Below, one piece after another: positions 14,207-27,343 of a stretch of 64,000 bases of DNA. Numbering within the stretch: position 1 is the stretch's first letter; each line of letters opens with the position of its first letter. The notes under the pieces were generated by a model, which was given only the letters and a program-made list of their open reading frames with translations, searched no databases and was not told the origin of the DNA. This DNA comes from Octopus vulgaris (taxonomy: Eukaryota). Where the stretch lies: positions 46,438,001 to 46,502,000 of the forward strand of contig OX597815.1 of the NCBI GenBank assembly GCA_951406725.2, written 5' to 3'. Both the position numbers and the translations under genes were made by a program.

Positions 14207-14622
14207 TATTATATTAAATTAGAGATAAAACCGCTATTAGGCAAATCATACAATGAAAAACTTAAGCCAATACATAAGATTATTTAATTTATATTATTTA
14301 AATATATAACAAAATTATTTAAAAAAATATAATTAATATAACACTACGATCGTTTCATGGCTGTTAATTTCTTTAAATTTTCGAGTTACAGTCATTCATC
14401 AGGTGGTTTAAATGTTTAACTTGGCGAGGTTTAATCAATGATGAATGACTGTAACTCGAAATTAACAGCCATGAGACGATCGTAGTGTTATATTAATTAT
14501 ATTTTTTTAAATAATTTTGTTATATATTTAAATAATATAAATTAAATAATCTTATGTATTGGCTTAAGTTTTTCATTGTATGATTTGCCTAATAGCGGTT
14601 TTATCTCTAATTTAATATAATA
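14207..14622. repeat. Near-perfect ~190-bp-arm inverted repeat (PLE-end-like foldback)
   Basis: Arms 14207-14401 and 14439-14622 match except for one ~12-nt indel and one substitution; the same terminus occurs singly at 47297-47355. Confidence 0.9.
14342..14405 (-). ncRNA. Minimal type I hammerhead ribozyme motif, intact core
   Basis: Minus strand: CAC CUGAUGA AUGACUGU...ACAGCCAU GAAAC GAUC GU A GUG; palindromic stem III ACGAUCGU; GUA cleavage triplet. Confidence 0.7.
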
Positions 14623-14639
14623 TATATATAAATGGAGAT

Positions 14640-14845
14640 AAATGGAGATAAATGTAGGTGTTATTGAAATCTTTATACTTCCTACTTATGTTTCGAAGAT
14701 GTGTTTTGATTCTCGTCTTTTTCCTGATGGGAAGATCGCATTGTTTTACATTAATTTATTCCCTCTGGAATAATACCAATGTTTTCTTTGAAATATATGT
14801 CGGAAGTAGAAAGATTTGAATAACACCTGCGTTTAACTCCATTTA
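14640..14845. repeat. Degenerate ~60-bp-arm inverted repeat
   Basis: AATGGAGATAAATGTAGGTGTTATTGAAATCTTTATACTTCC pairs with GGAAGTAGAAAGATTTGAATAACACCTGCGTTTAACTCCATT. Confidence 0.75.
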
Positions 14846-15015
14846 TCTGTTATACAAAAACATTTAACTAAACCCTGGCATTTCTATCTTTATAAGTAGG
14901 CTGTAACATCCTTGGTACTTATGTGAATTTTTGCTACGCTGGTAACTATTTATTTTTTTCCGTGTTATTTGTACCCATACACACACACACACACACACGC
15001 ACGCACACACACATA

Positions 15016-15066
<51 letters not shown>

Positions 15067-15549
15067 GTGTGTATGCATTGATTAGGTGCAGGGCTCGTTG
15101 GAATCTAGGCATATCAACTAGTAGGACGCATGGACTGGCTGCGTACTTAGTAACTTAGTATTGAGCTCTGAGTGAGGAAAAACAACCATCAGTTAAAACT
15201 TGGTAGCATTGTATAGGTAGCATTGTTGGTAGCATTGTATAGGTATGTAACTACACGCGCGTGCACGCGAGCACATACTTGATACATAATATACTACAGG
15301 TATTTCGGTAGCAGTTTATTGATACATTCATAGATTACATCATAGCAAACGCCTACAGGTACATTTTAAGCACATAAACAGGCAAAATAAAATCAGATAA
15401 TGACCCATTCATCAACACTCATGATAAACAAGTAATCTTAAAATCTATATGATGATGGTTTGATTTTAATATGAAGTCATCTAAAAGCGCACCAATAAAT
15501 GGCTACCGAAACAGCTGTAGTAGATTTTAAACCCCACTTGCGTTCTTTA

Positions 15550-15746
15550 TATTTATATATATATATGTGCACACATTGTATATGCATACTTAGATGAATA
15601 GATAAGTATATATATACATTGTATATGCATACTATATGAATAGATATATGCGTGTATGTTTCTATATGTATGTACATATATATATATATGTATATATTTG
15701 TATAAGTATACATACATAGATGCATACATACGTACATATATATATA

Positions 15747-15792
<46 letters not shown>

Positions 15793-15861
15793 GGCACGAA
15801 TAATAGGTGTATGTGTATGTTTGTGTGTATATGTGTAAGGGGAGGGAAATTGAATGTGTGA

Positions 15862-15942
<81 letters not shown>

Positions 15943-16315
15943 TGTGTAAAACAATTACATCGTAGAAGAGCTATTTTTGTTACCGAAAACACACCGAAAC
16001 ATTCATGTTCATATATTTTATGTGGTGTCAACTTACACACATACACATCGAAAAACACTTATAGATGTTTACATGTACACATACACAGATACATATATGC
16101 ATATATATATATAAGCAGATATGTATTTAAGTATATACATACATATATATATATATATTTGCCTATATGTATATACTTGTGTGTATATATCAAAATGCAT
16201 GGATTCATACTTTTGTATGTATATTTGTATGCATGCATGTATGTATGTATATATGTATATACATACGTACGTATATATGTTTATATGTATGTATGTGCGT
16301 ATATACATACATATA

Positions 16316-16386
<71 letters not shown>

Positions 16387-16621
16387 GCATGGACATATAA
16401 ATTCCTGTGTGATCTATGCACGTATGCTGCATGTGTATGGTAATAAACCCATATATGTATATATACATGCACATACACACACACATATATATATATACAC
16501 ATGTATCTATGTATATATATATGTAGGTATGTATATATGTGTGCTTATATGTAAATATAAAAATATGCAAGTATATGTTTAAAGTGTGTACACACACACA
16601 CACACGACAATACCCACCCAT

Positions 16622-16695
<74 letters not shown>
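15550..16695. repeat. Microsatellite-rich block of (TA)n, (TG)n and (CA)n
   Basis: Direct inspection. Confidence 0.9.
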
Positions 16696-16696
<1 letters not shown>

Positions 16697-17189
16697 GAGT
16701 TTCGTTCCAGCTTGCATTGAAGGTAACACATTGCCTAGCAACAGAAGATTAAGCTTTGCGTGCTTATCTAGAAAAGATGGTTAACGATATCATTCTAAAC
16801 AATGAAACTTTGTTTATCTTCGATGAAGTAACGTTATATATCACTTCATACCGAGAAAGATATGCCCCCGTCATCCAGTCACCGGATTATATACGGGCAT
16901 TTACTGCATAAATTGGTCAGCGTCAACGACATATGAGAATACGGAATTGATTATATCTATATTACATTACTTTTCACGTTGCAAGAACGTTGGTGTAACC
17001 TAAGTGTGGTTGTTCAGTCCTGCTAGAAATAACAGCTAAATTCCTCTCATATTAAAAAAATTTCCAAAGCCTTTTTGTCGTTGGGAAATACTGTTTCAAG
17101 TCTTCTTTCTTGGTTAGATTGAATGTCGGTTTAATGATGGAAATTGACTGCACTTTCTTGGTGTTTGCGAATTAATGTGTTTTTAATGT

Positions 17190-17351
17190 AGGAGCAGGTG
17201 TGGCTGTTTGGTAAAAAGCTTGTTCTCCAACCGCATGGTTCCATGTTCAGTTTCACTGCATGGCACCTTAGGTCAGTGTTTTCTGCTATAGCCTCGGCCC
17301 GACCAAAGCCTTGTGGGCGGATTTGGTAGACGGAAACTGAAAGAAACCCGT

Positions 17352-17393
<42 letters not shown>

Positions 17394-17805
17394 TGTGTGT
17401 GGTGGTTGTCTATTCCATATGCATAGTCTGACAGCTTCGTGCATTTACACCCTAGATCCATCATGGCGTCTGATGTGGCTTTTTAAACCAGACTATATAT
17501 TGAAACGACACCCACATAGATTGCATATCTCATTTGGACCACCATGAGCTGCAGTTAAATTCTTATCTTTGTGGATCTCAAAATGTCTTCTGAGGCTGCC
17601 GTTAGATTTGCAGACCGTATGGCTTACACGGCATTGATAGGTGTGCGCAGATATATATGTGTATATATGTATGTGTGTGTGTGTATGTATATATATATAT
17701 ATATTTGTATGTATGTCTTTGTGTCTGTGTTTGTCCGCCACCACCGCTTGACAAATGGAGTTGGTGTGTTTACGTCCCTGTAACTTAGCGATTCGGCGAG
17801 AGAGG
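17190..17805 (+). mobile_element. SINE family A split by an insertion in its microsatellite
   Basis: Head 17190-17352; tail fragment 17720-17805. Confidence 0.7.
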
Positions 17806-17810
17806 CCAGC

Positions 17811-18094
17811 TTAGACATGGTATGTGTACTGCCAGTTTGTGGACAGGCTGCGATTTATAGGCACACGCGATTTTGCTTACATCTGGGCCTCGTTTTGGGT
17901 ACGCAGTATTTATAAATCACAGAGATGACAAAACATTAATGTCTACCACTCATGCAACGAGACCTGGGGTGAGTTATCTCACTTGTCTATGACTTAAAGG
18001 TGTTTTTACACCAGGTGTACTGATGAGAAAATTTTATCTCATGCCTATAAATCGCATCCTGCACACGAACTGGCAATGCACATACCTTGTGTAA
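17811..18094. repeat. Degenerate ~52-bp-arm inverted repeat
   Basis: GGTATGTGTACTGCCAGTTTGTGGACAGGCTGCGATTTATAGGCA pairs with TGCCTATAAATCGCATCCTGCACACGAACTGGCAATGCACATACC. Confidence 0.75.
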
Positions 18095-18125
18095 GTTAGT
18101 TCAATATTGTTTATATTCCACATAT

Positions 18126-18293
<168 letters not shown>

Positions 18294-18664
18294 TGATAAA
18301 TAGATAGATATGTGTGTCTGTATACATACATACATATATATATATATATGTATATGTATGTATATGTATGTATGTATGTATGTATATATAAATAGACACC
18401 CTTCGGTCATGACTAACCGTGGGATTGTACCTAGAAAGTTACCCTCCCAGGTACAAGTCCGGGCAAGGTTGTTTATAGAACTCTGTTGGACTTTTGGACT
18501 TTACTCATAGAGTATTGGAATATTACATATATACCATTCTGCCTAAAAAATGGATTTGCAACTGCAATACCCATACATATCTTGCATCTATTTTCTTTCC
18601 TCCACCTCACTCTCTATTTTGTATCACATCTAAACTAACTATGACTTAATCATACTATCACACC

Positions 18665-18715
18665 GTCTCCGATGAAGGGACATAATTAATAAATATCCTG
18701 AAACAGCTGTAAGAC
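18665..18715 (+). ncRNA. Minimal type I hammerhead-like motif (U4C variant) in a PLE-end-like fragment (18490-18780)
   Basis: GUCU CCGAUGA AGGGACAU...AUAUCCU GAAAC AGCU GU A AGAC; stem I GUCU/AGAC; palindromic stem III. Confidence 0.65.
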
Positions 18716-18782
18716 CTATCTATAAATGTTCTAATATCTACACAGCCTTAGTCTTTTATCTCATTACGCAAAAAATTCTTAT

Positions 18783-18846
<64 letters not shown>

Positions 18847-18931
18847 CATTCATATATTTATATATATATATGTGTGCGTGTGTGTGTGTGTGTGAATATA
18901 TACGTATTTATATACGCGCTCATATATGTAC

Positions 18932-18966
<35 letters not shown>

Positions 18967-19623
18967 ACTATCTATCTATCTATCTATCTATCTATCTGTC
19001 TGTCTGTCTGTCTGTCTGTCTATGCATCTATCTCTATCCACTCTTTTTCGTTCTATTCTTGCTCATCGAGTTCACCTTAGTGTTTGTGTATGCGTGCGCC
19101 AGCACCCGTATGTAAGTATCTGTGTGCGTGCATGTCCGAGAATGTGTGTATGTGCTTGTGTGTGTGTGCGCGCGCGCGCGTGTGTGTGTATGAATGTGAA
19201 TGTATCCGTGTGTGCGTGTCTATATATAGGTATGCGTGCGCATGTGTGCGTCTATGCAGGCGAAGAACTGTAAACAATCCAATATAGGTTAGGCCTAAAT
19301 TACATTAGTAACACAGGTAAAGGTGTGAAACCTCTGTTTGTTCAATTTAGAAGTTTGTTAGCTTGATGTTTCTCTCTTTCGTGCCTGTTGTCAGAGCCAA
19401 ACTGGACCAAGTTGTTTCCTTTGTTTAGTTATAGACTGTGTACCAGACATGGATGTGTATATAGACCGAAAAAGTCAAGCTGGAGTCTTATCAGTAGCAA
19501 CATCAACAACAAAGGTGCCAATGCGAGGGCTCTCACTATGACCGCTAGATTTGCTAGAAATAACAGTCGGATTGCTCTCCTCACTTTCGAAAATGTTTGA
19601 AAGTCTTCAAAAGAGAAGGCATG

Positions 19624-19685
<62 letters not shown>

Positions 19686-19744
19686 GCTGTGTGTGTGTGT
19701 TGCTGTGTGTGTGTTTCGGTGTATTTACATATATATATATATAT

Positions 19745-19890
19745 ATTAGCGGTTCGACAAAAGTGACCGATAGAATAAGTACTAGGCTTAGAAAGAATAA
19801 GTCCTGGGATTCATTTGTTCGACTAAAGGCATACTCCAGCATGGCTGCAGTCAAATGACTGAAACATGTAAAAAGATAAAAGAATAAAAA
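19745..19890 (+). mobile_element. SINE family A tail
   Basis: TTAGCGGTTCGACAAAAGTGACCGATAGAATAAGTACTAGG...GCAGTCAAATGACTGAAAC. Confidence 0.8.
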
Positions 19891-19936
19891 ATATATATAT
19901 ACTGTATATATTATGTTGTATGTATACATGTATGCA

Positions 19937-19970
<34 letters not shown>

Positions 19971-20584
19971 TACCCACCACCGGAGAGATCCAATAAGCAT
20001 AGAAACCACGTGGACTGGTGACCATGGTGGCAGGAGTTATCTCCCGCTTGCAATAAAAATCAGGTGCAAGAAGCACACTGAATAAACCAGCTGGAGGAGA
20101 TGTCTTCCTGGGTTGAAATGGTAGTATCGTCTCTTAGAGGATACCCGCATTAAAGTGGCCATATATATATGTATATCTTACTTTGATACTGTGCAGACTG
20201 AGATCCCCGTTGACAGGCCACTGATATTAGGAGTGTTTGGAGATGATGGGAAATAGGTCATTTGAACCCTTGACTACACCAAATTGTTAAGGGAGTGGAG
20301 TGGGATAGATTTTGAGATTTATTTAGCATATGCTATGTAGAGTTGGATGCAAAGTGGTTAGCAGATGCGGGGGCTTTCAGCATCATACTAATGATCGTAA
20401 TCCCAAGGGAGGGAAGATTAACGCCCATTTCTTCCACGACCTCTTTGTTGAGGGAAGGGAGGCAGTTATCTTTAAACCGACTGGAGACCTGTATGGCATC
20501 TAGCATCAGAAGAAACTCTGCTAATGAAAGTCAAAGTCCAGGTGACAACGGCATTAAACCGAGCGACTGATGACGCATAAATCC

Positions 20585-22255
20585 ATTGACTTCCATAACT
20601 GTGTTTCATTATGTTAAAGATATTCATTATGTCTCTTATTTCCTTCCATAGTTAGCCTTGTTTAACACGTAAAAATTGCACTTATCTTATAAGCTAAAGA
20701 TTTTAATTATATCTTCGAGCTCCTTCGGTAGTTAACGCTGCTTAACATACTAGAATTTTACCTGTCACATTCTGTAAAAAAAATTCGATTGTGTCTTCGA
20801 ATTTCTTCCATAGTTAACGCTGTTTCACATTGCATTTGTCTCCTTATGTTAAAGTCTTCGATTGCCGTTCATAGATAATGTTGTTAAGCACGTGACACTT
20901 CAGCACATAAAAAAATAATATTTTAGATTTCTTACATTGACACAACATTACGAATTTGTAGTGAAAAGAGCGTATATCAACCTCTTTGGCAACACGTGAC
21001 ACGTATATTATTAAATTAAAGGTTTTAATTATATCTTCGAGTTCCTTCTATAGTTAATGCTGCTTAACATGTTGGAATTGTACTTGTCTTATTATGTAAA
21101 AGATTTCAATTGTGTCTTCAAATTCTTTCCATAGTTATAGCTGTTTAACACGTAACAATTGCACTTGTCTCACTATGTTGAATATTTCAATTGCATCTCC
21201 TAGTTACTTCCATAGTTAACGTTGATTCACATTTAACAATCACATTCGTCTCATTATGTCAAATATTTCTATTGTCCTCTATTTCCTTCCATAGTTAACG
21301 TTCATAAACGTGTGATATTTCAGTACTCGTTGTAACAAGTAGAATAATATATTAGATTTCTTACATTGACAAAGCACTAACCAATTTAATCACTCCCTTC
21401 ACGTAACAAATGCATTTATCTCATTATATGAAAGATTTTAATTATGTCTTCGATTTCCTTCCATAGTCAACACTGTTTAACTTGTTACAATTGTACCTGT
21501 CTCATTATGTAAAAGATTTCAATTATGTCTTCGATTTCCTTCCATAGTTACTGCTGCTTAACATGTTACAATTGTACCTGTCTCATTATGTAAAAAAATT
21601 CAATTATGTCTTCGATTTCCTTCCATAGTTACCGCTGCTTAACATGTTACAATTGTACCTGTCACATTATGTAAAAGATTTCTGTTGTGTCTTCCAATTC
21701 CTTCCATAGTTAATGTTAAACGCGAAATATTTCAGCACTCGTTGTAACAAGTAGACTAATATCTTAGATTTCTTAAATGGACACAGCCCTAACCAATTTA
21801 ATCAACCCTTTTTCCAACACGTAACAATTGCAATTATCTTATAACATTAAAGATTTTAATTATGCTTTCGAATTCCTTCTAAAGTTACCGCTGTTTAATG
21901 TTAGATTTGCACCTGTCTTATATGAAAATTTTCTATTGTGTCTTCAAATTCCTTCCATAGTTAACGTCGTTTATCAATTAACAATTGTTTGTCTCTCAAT
22001 GTTAAACATTTCAATTGTATCATCCAGTTACTTCCACAGTTAACACCAGTCCATATTTAACAATTGCATTTGTCTCATTATGTCAAAAATTTCGATTGTC
22101 CTCAATTTCCTTCCATAGTTAACGTTGATAATCGTGTAAATATTTCAACGCTCGTTGTAACAAATAGAATAATATTTTACATTTCTCACAACGACACAAC
22201 ACTACTAATTTGTAATGAAAATAATGTATAGCCAAGTTAATCAACCCCTTTGCTT
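20585..22255. repeat. Satellite: 81-bp monomers organised in ~415-bp higher-order repeats (four copies)
   Basis: CCATAGT recurs at 21461, 21542, 21623 and 21704 (period 81); a spacer TTTCAGCACTCGTTGTAACAAGTAG...AGATTTCTTAC recurs at about 20900, 21320, 21730 and 22143. Confidence 0.85.
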
Positions 22256-22765
22256 GATTTGGAACACAAAAGGGAAACGTAAGCTCGGCGATATTTGAGT
22301 ATAGAGTGACAAAACAACACAGTGTCATTCAGTTTATGTTTCTGTTTGACCTTTAAGTAATAGAATAAAATCGGAGATGGCTTTGTAGTTGACTTGAGAC
22401 TTCAACTTGCAAACAAGATGATATTGTTAGTGAGAAAGACACAAAAGCACACATTGAGACAAACACGTTTATTACAACACACATGGGTATATATACACAC
22501 ACATACATACATGCATGCACGCATACAATATACGCATGCATACATAAATACATACGTCTTTGTTTAAGAAATTACAGAAAGAATACTTAATACGCGTTGT
22601 TGACTAAAATTATTGTACAAAGCCGTTGATTTATTCCGTCGTTAAACAGCTTTTCGTTCTTAGCTATTTTTTAGCAACAGCAGGACATATATACATATAC
22701 ATATACATACATACATATATATATATGTACACACACCAGCACACACGGACATACACATATATATA

Positions 22766-24086
22766 CAGTACCGTGCATAGGTTTCGGTCATATTAAACTA
22801 TTGTAAATTTCTACTAATTACCAACTTATAAGTGGATGTTTCGCATTGCGTTTTGTACAGATGAAACATTGGTCCAGTTGGAGTCATTTCCATGCCTATA
22901 TTTTGTTGTAGGGATTCTGAATGCGAGATGACCGCCAAAATGGCCGTGCAAACATTTTCGGCCACCTCAGATAAACCAATCAAGATACGGTATTTTAAAA
23001 CAGGAAACTTTATTACATAATCTTCATTTCAGGAAGTTACTGTACATTCTTAATATTTCGTGTGGATTCCCTTAGCTTGAATAATTGCTTTAATGCACAT
23101 GGGAAGAGATGCTAACAAATCCTTCACCATCTTCAGAGGCATGAAATGCCATTCTCTGTGACAGCTCCCACAACTCTTCAAGATGGCGTGGATTCTTCTG
23201 ATGAACTCTTCTCTTTAGTTCTGTCTGCGTTTGGTCGATGATATTTAAGTCAGGGCTTGATAAACGAGAATTAGTTAGAAGGCCTCCAGAAAAGCGAACT
23301 GACCCACGTTACATGACGAAAGCAGTGAAGTTAGGGGGTAAGAGTCTGATTCTTTGGGGATACATAAAAAGAGATGATTCAAGAAAGTTAGTTAAAATTG
23401 ACAGTGACTTGAATGGTGCCAAATACATCCAGTTGCTGATGGACAATTTGATACCAGACTTGGATGAAGATGAGAATTTTCAGCTGACGGAGCTCCATGC
23501 CACAAATCGCGTCTAACACTACAGAGCCTGAATGATGGAGGTGTTACCGAGTTGAAAGATTGGCCAGCTCAGAACCCATCGAGCAAAGGTGGACAGAACT
23601 AAAGACAAGTGTTCATCAGAAGAATCCACGCCATCTTGAAGAGTTATGGGCGCTCAGCCACAGAGAATGTTATGTTATACCTGTAAAGATGGTAAAGGAT
23701 TTGTACGCATCTCTTCCTAGGCGCAATGAAGCAATTATTCAAGCTAAGGGAGGCCACACGAAATATTAACAATGTATAGTAACTTGAAATGAATATTATG
23801 TAATAAATTTTCATTATAGACATCTTTTTATTTTAAAACACTGTATCTTGATTTGTTTATGTGATGTGGCAGAAGCTTTTGCACGGCCATTCTTGATGGT
23901 CGTCTCGCATCTTCCCCTCTGATTCAGAACCCCTACTACAAAATATAACGATTAGGTATGGAAATTACTCCAACAGGGTCAATGTTTCATATCTAAAAAA
24001 GACAATGCAAAATATCCACTAATAAGTTGGCAATTAGTAGAAATTCACAATAGTTTAAAGTGGCCGAAGACTTTTGCGCGGTACTG
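22766..24086 (+). mobile_element. Defective Tc1-family transposon (DD34E-type) with TA target-site duplication
   Basis: TA|CAGTACCG...CGGTACTG|TA ends; transposase remnant 23290-23769 (GGKSLILWG, AKYIQLL, PIEQRW, KGGHTKY*). Confidence 0.9.
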
Positions 24087-24241
24087 TATGTGCAAATTAA
24101 GCGAGTAGACCAGAGATAAATTTTAATATTTACAACTGTTTCATAATCCACTTCGATGTGCTTACGGTAGATTCCACTTATTTCTTTGAATCCAATTCTT
24201 ATATCTTATACCTTGTGTGCGTGTGCATTTGTTTCATATAC

Positions 24242-24292
<51 letters not shown>

Positions 24293-24429
24293 GAAGGAAA
24301 ATAAAAGGGAAACTAAGAAAGATTCTAATAATGCAGAGAGTTTTCCATAAGAAAGCAGTCTGGGAAATGACCAGTTACACTGATTCTGTTAACTTACTCA
24401 AACACCTCAGCGTTAGGTTTGCAGTTATA

Positions 24430-24579
24430 CAGAGAGGGAGAGAGAAAGAGAGAGAGGGGGAGAGGGAAAGAGAGAGGGGGAGAGAAAGAGAGAGAGGGGA
24501 GAGTGAAAGAGAGAGAGGGGGAGAGAGGGAGAGACAGAGGGAGAGACAGAGAGACAAAGAGAGGGGTAGATAAACAGAC

Positions 24580-24662
<83 letters not shown>

Positions 24663-24695
24663 CAGACAGATAGATAGACAGACAGATAGATAGAC
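24430..24695. repeat. (GA)n-rich plus (GATA)n microsatellite
   Basis: Direct inspection. Confidence 0.9.
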
Positions 24696-25041
24696 GGTTC
24701 TCGGTCGGTTTTGGTGAAAAGGATTTAGCTTCTTGATCACCTGAATTACATCTGGAAATTAACATGTAAGGGATTAAACATCATATAGACACGTGTACTC
24801 TTAATGTAATTCTCGAACTGAGAATAAGCGTAATCGAAATTTTTAACAAGGGAAACCACCTTTATATACATGTGTGTTTCTGTGTATATTTGTCCCCACC
24901 CCCCACCATCGCTTGACAACCGATGTTGGTCTGTTTATGTCTCTGTAACCTAGCGGTTCGGCAAAATGACCGATAAAGTACTAGGCTTACAAAGAATAAG
25001 TCTTCGACCAAAACCATTTAAGGTGGTTTCCAGTATATATA

Positions 25042-25077
<36 letters not shown>

Positions 25078-25399
25078 TGTATGTATGTATGTATGTATGT
25101 ATGTATGTACCCATATGTATGTATGTACTTTTGAATTAAGGATGTAATCCATCCGCTAGGCTTTTTTTACACTTTCCTTTGACTCAGTTTCATTCATAAA
25201 GCATGGATCGACTCGAGAATATAGAAAATGACATTTGACCTTGATGCCACGCGGTGGGTTTTAACCCGGAAACTCGTGGTCTTGAAGCGAACTTGTTAAT
25301 CATCCGACCATACCAGGCGTATACTCTTCAATATTACGCACACTTATACATACATACATACATACATACATACATACATACATACATACATACATACTT

Positions 25400-25545
25400 A
25401 TGTGGTAAAAAGAGTCCTATAATTCACATAGTTCCGTGTTCACTTCCTCTGCGAGACACCTTGGGCAAGTGTCTTCTTTTAGAGCCCCAGGCTCACCAAA
25501 GCTTTGTGAGTGGATTTGGTAGACGGAAACTGAAAGAATCACATC

Positions 25546-25588
<43 letters not shown>

Positions 25589-25728
25589 AAGTTTGCATCC
25601 TAACCACAGGGTTCTGGGTTCAGTCCCGCTGCATGATACCCTGGGTTAGTGTCTTCTACTATAACCTCGAGTCGACCAAAGCCTTGTGAGTGGATTTGGT
25701 AGACGGAAACGAAAAGAAGTCCGTCGTG
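25400..25728 (+). mobile_element. Two tandem SINE A heads
   Basis: ACCAAAGC(C/T)TTGTGAGTGGATTTGGTAGACGGAAAC occurs twice, separated by (TA)n. Confidence 0.8.
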
Positions 25729-27056
25729 CACCATTCTCCGAGCCTTCTGGCGACTCCAGTCCGACCCCTCCACATCGCGCATCTTCCCTAACCGACCCCT
25801 TCCCTCCTTCAAACAAGCCCATAACCTACGAGACCTCTTGGTCCATAGCTTCTTTCCGAACCCAACCTCCCAACCCGGCTCGCCCCCCTGCTCCCGCCCA
25901 CGCTACCGCACTTGCCCTTACCTCTCCAAAACCACCTTCCTCACCGGCACCCATCGTCGACCCTATCACATCACCGACTCCTTACCTGCACTTCATACAT
26001 TGGGCAAACGGGACGCCGCTTGGCTGACCGGTTCGCTGAACACCTCCAAGACATCCGACTCGGCAATGACACCTTGGCCTCGCGCCATTTCCGCTCTACT
26101 GGTTACTCTTTGCAACACCTGTCCATGTTCGTATTGTCCTTGCACAGGGGCCATCCGGACTCCCGTTTGCGCCGTGAACAGGGATTAATATTCTTTCTTT
26201 GCTCCATTGCGCCATATGAGCTCAACTCTCCTCCCCTCTTCCTCCAACCTCCTCCCCTCGCCTATCTCTCCCTCTCACCTACTTCCTCCCAACCACCTCT
26301 CCTCTCTTGTCCCCACTCCTACTTCTCTTAACTCCTAATCTTCTCTTCACTCCTACCCACCTTCTCCTTGCCCCTTCATCGTCACCCCTCCCTTGCAACC
26401 CAACCCCACACCTACACATTCCAACCCCACCTTCCCTATCCTTCCCATCCCATCCCTATCCCTTACACCCCTCCCACAGACCCCACCTCTACCCCACCTT
26501 CTGCCTACCCACGTACCCCACCTCTACCCCCACCCACAGCCTAACCCACACCTCACCCTTGCTTTCCTCACTCTCGCCTCCCCCATCTCCCAACACCATC
26601 ACACCACACCACACACCACTAAACCATACACCACCATACCACACAACACATCACGCCACCGCGCACACACTAGCATTTACCACTTCCCAGCCCCACATCT
26701 TCACACCTACACATACACACAAACGTCACGGTCACCAGCCTTCTTCCACACGTACACACATACTTTCTTATACACACGCACGCGCACCTTCGTTTTGGGA
26801 TCACCATTACTTTATTATCTCCCCTTCTTCCTAGCACACCTGTGTGACCCTTCTGTCTGGCATTCGCCATGATAGATCGCTAACCACTACACATTCTTTA
26901 TTTTCTCTCCTTGTTTCTTTCTGTGTTCTTTTCTGTGGAAGAGCGTAGGATCGAAACGTTAAAGACTTTTTCACTTTCCGAGCGTTAAACTAACACATCT
27001 GTTTGTTGTCTACACCACCTGTCTTCGTCTTTTGTTTGTTTTTTTTTGTGAATTCT

Positions 27057-27060
<4 letters not shown>
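25729..27060 (+). mobile_element. Penelope-like retroelement 3' fragment: linker, GIY-YIG endonuclease pseudogene, C-rich 3' region and pLTR
   Basis: HNLRDLLVHS...PCSRPRYRTCPY linker and YIGQTGRRLADRFAEH...RHF...RREQGLIF; the first (GIY) half of the motif appears deleted near 25990; frameshifted. Confidence 0.85.
26927..26966 (+). ncRNA. Degenerate minimal hammerhead-like motif in the PLE pLTR
   Basis: UCUUUU CUGUGGA A GAGCGUAGGAUC GAAAC GU U AAAGA. Confidence 0.5.
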
Positions 27061-27109
<49 letters not shown>

Positions 27110-27111
<2 letters not shown>

Positions 27112-27276
27112 CATGTGTGTTTCTGTGTATATGTGTCCCCACCCCCCCACCATCGCTTGACAACCGATGTTGGTCTGTTTACGTCTCCGTAACCTAGCGG
27201 TTCGGCAAAATGACCGATAAAGTACTAGGCTTACAAAGAATAAGTCTTCGACCAAAACCATTTAAGGTGGTTTCCA

Positions 27277-27280
<4 letters not shown>
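27110..27280 (+). mobile_element. SINE A tail (partner of the 25588-25728 head); near-identical copy at 24865-25033
   Basis: Both copies share diagnostic deletions (GACCGATAAAGTACTAGG; AAGTCTTCGACCAAAACC). Confidence 0.8.

Positions 27281-27343
<63 letters not shown>

Noticed and set aside
20585-22255. Tandem coding repeat (81 bp = 27 codons; zinc-finger or LRR-like)
   Set aside because: The monomer has stops in all frames and no C2H2 or LRR pattern.
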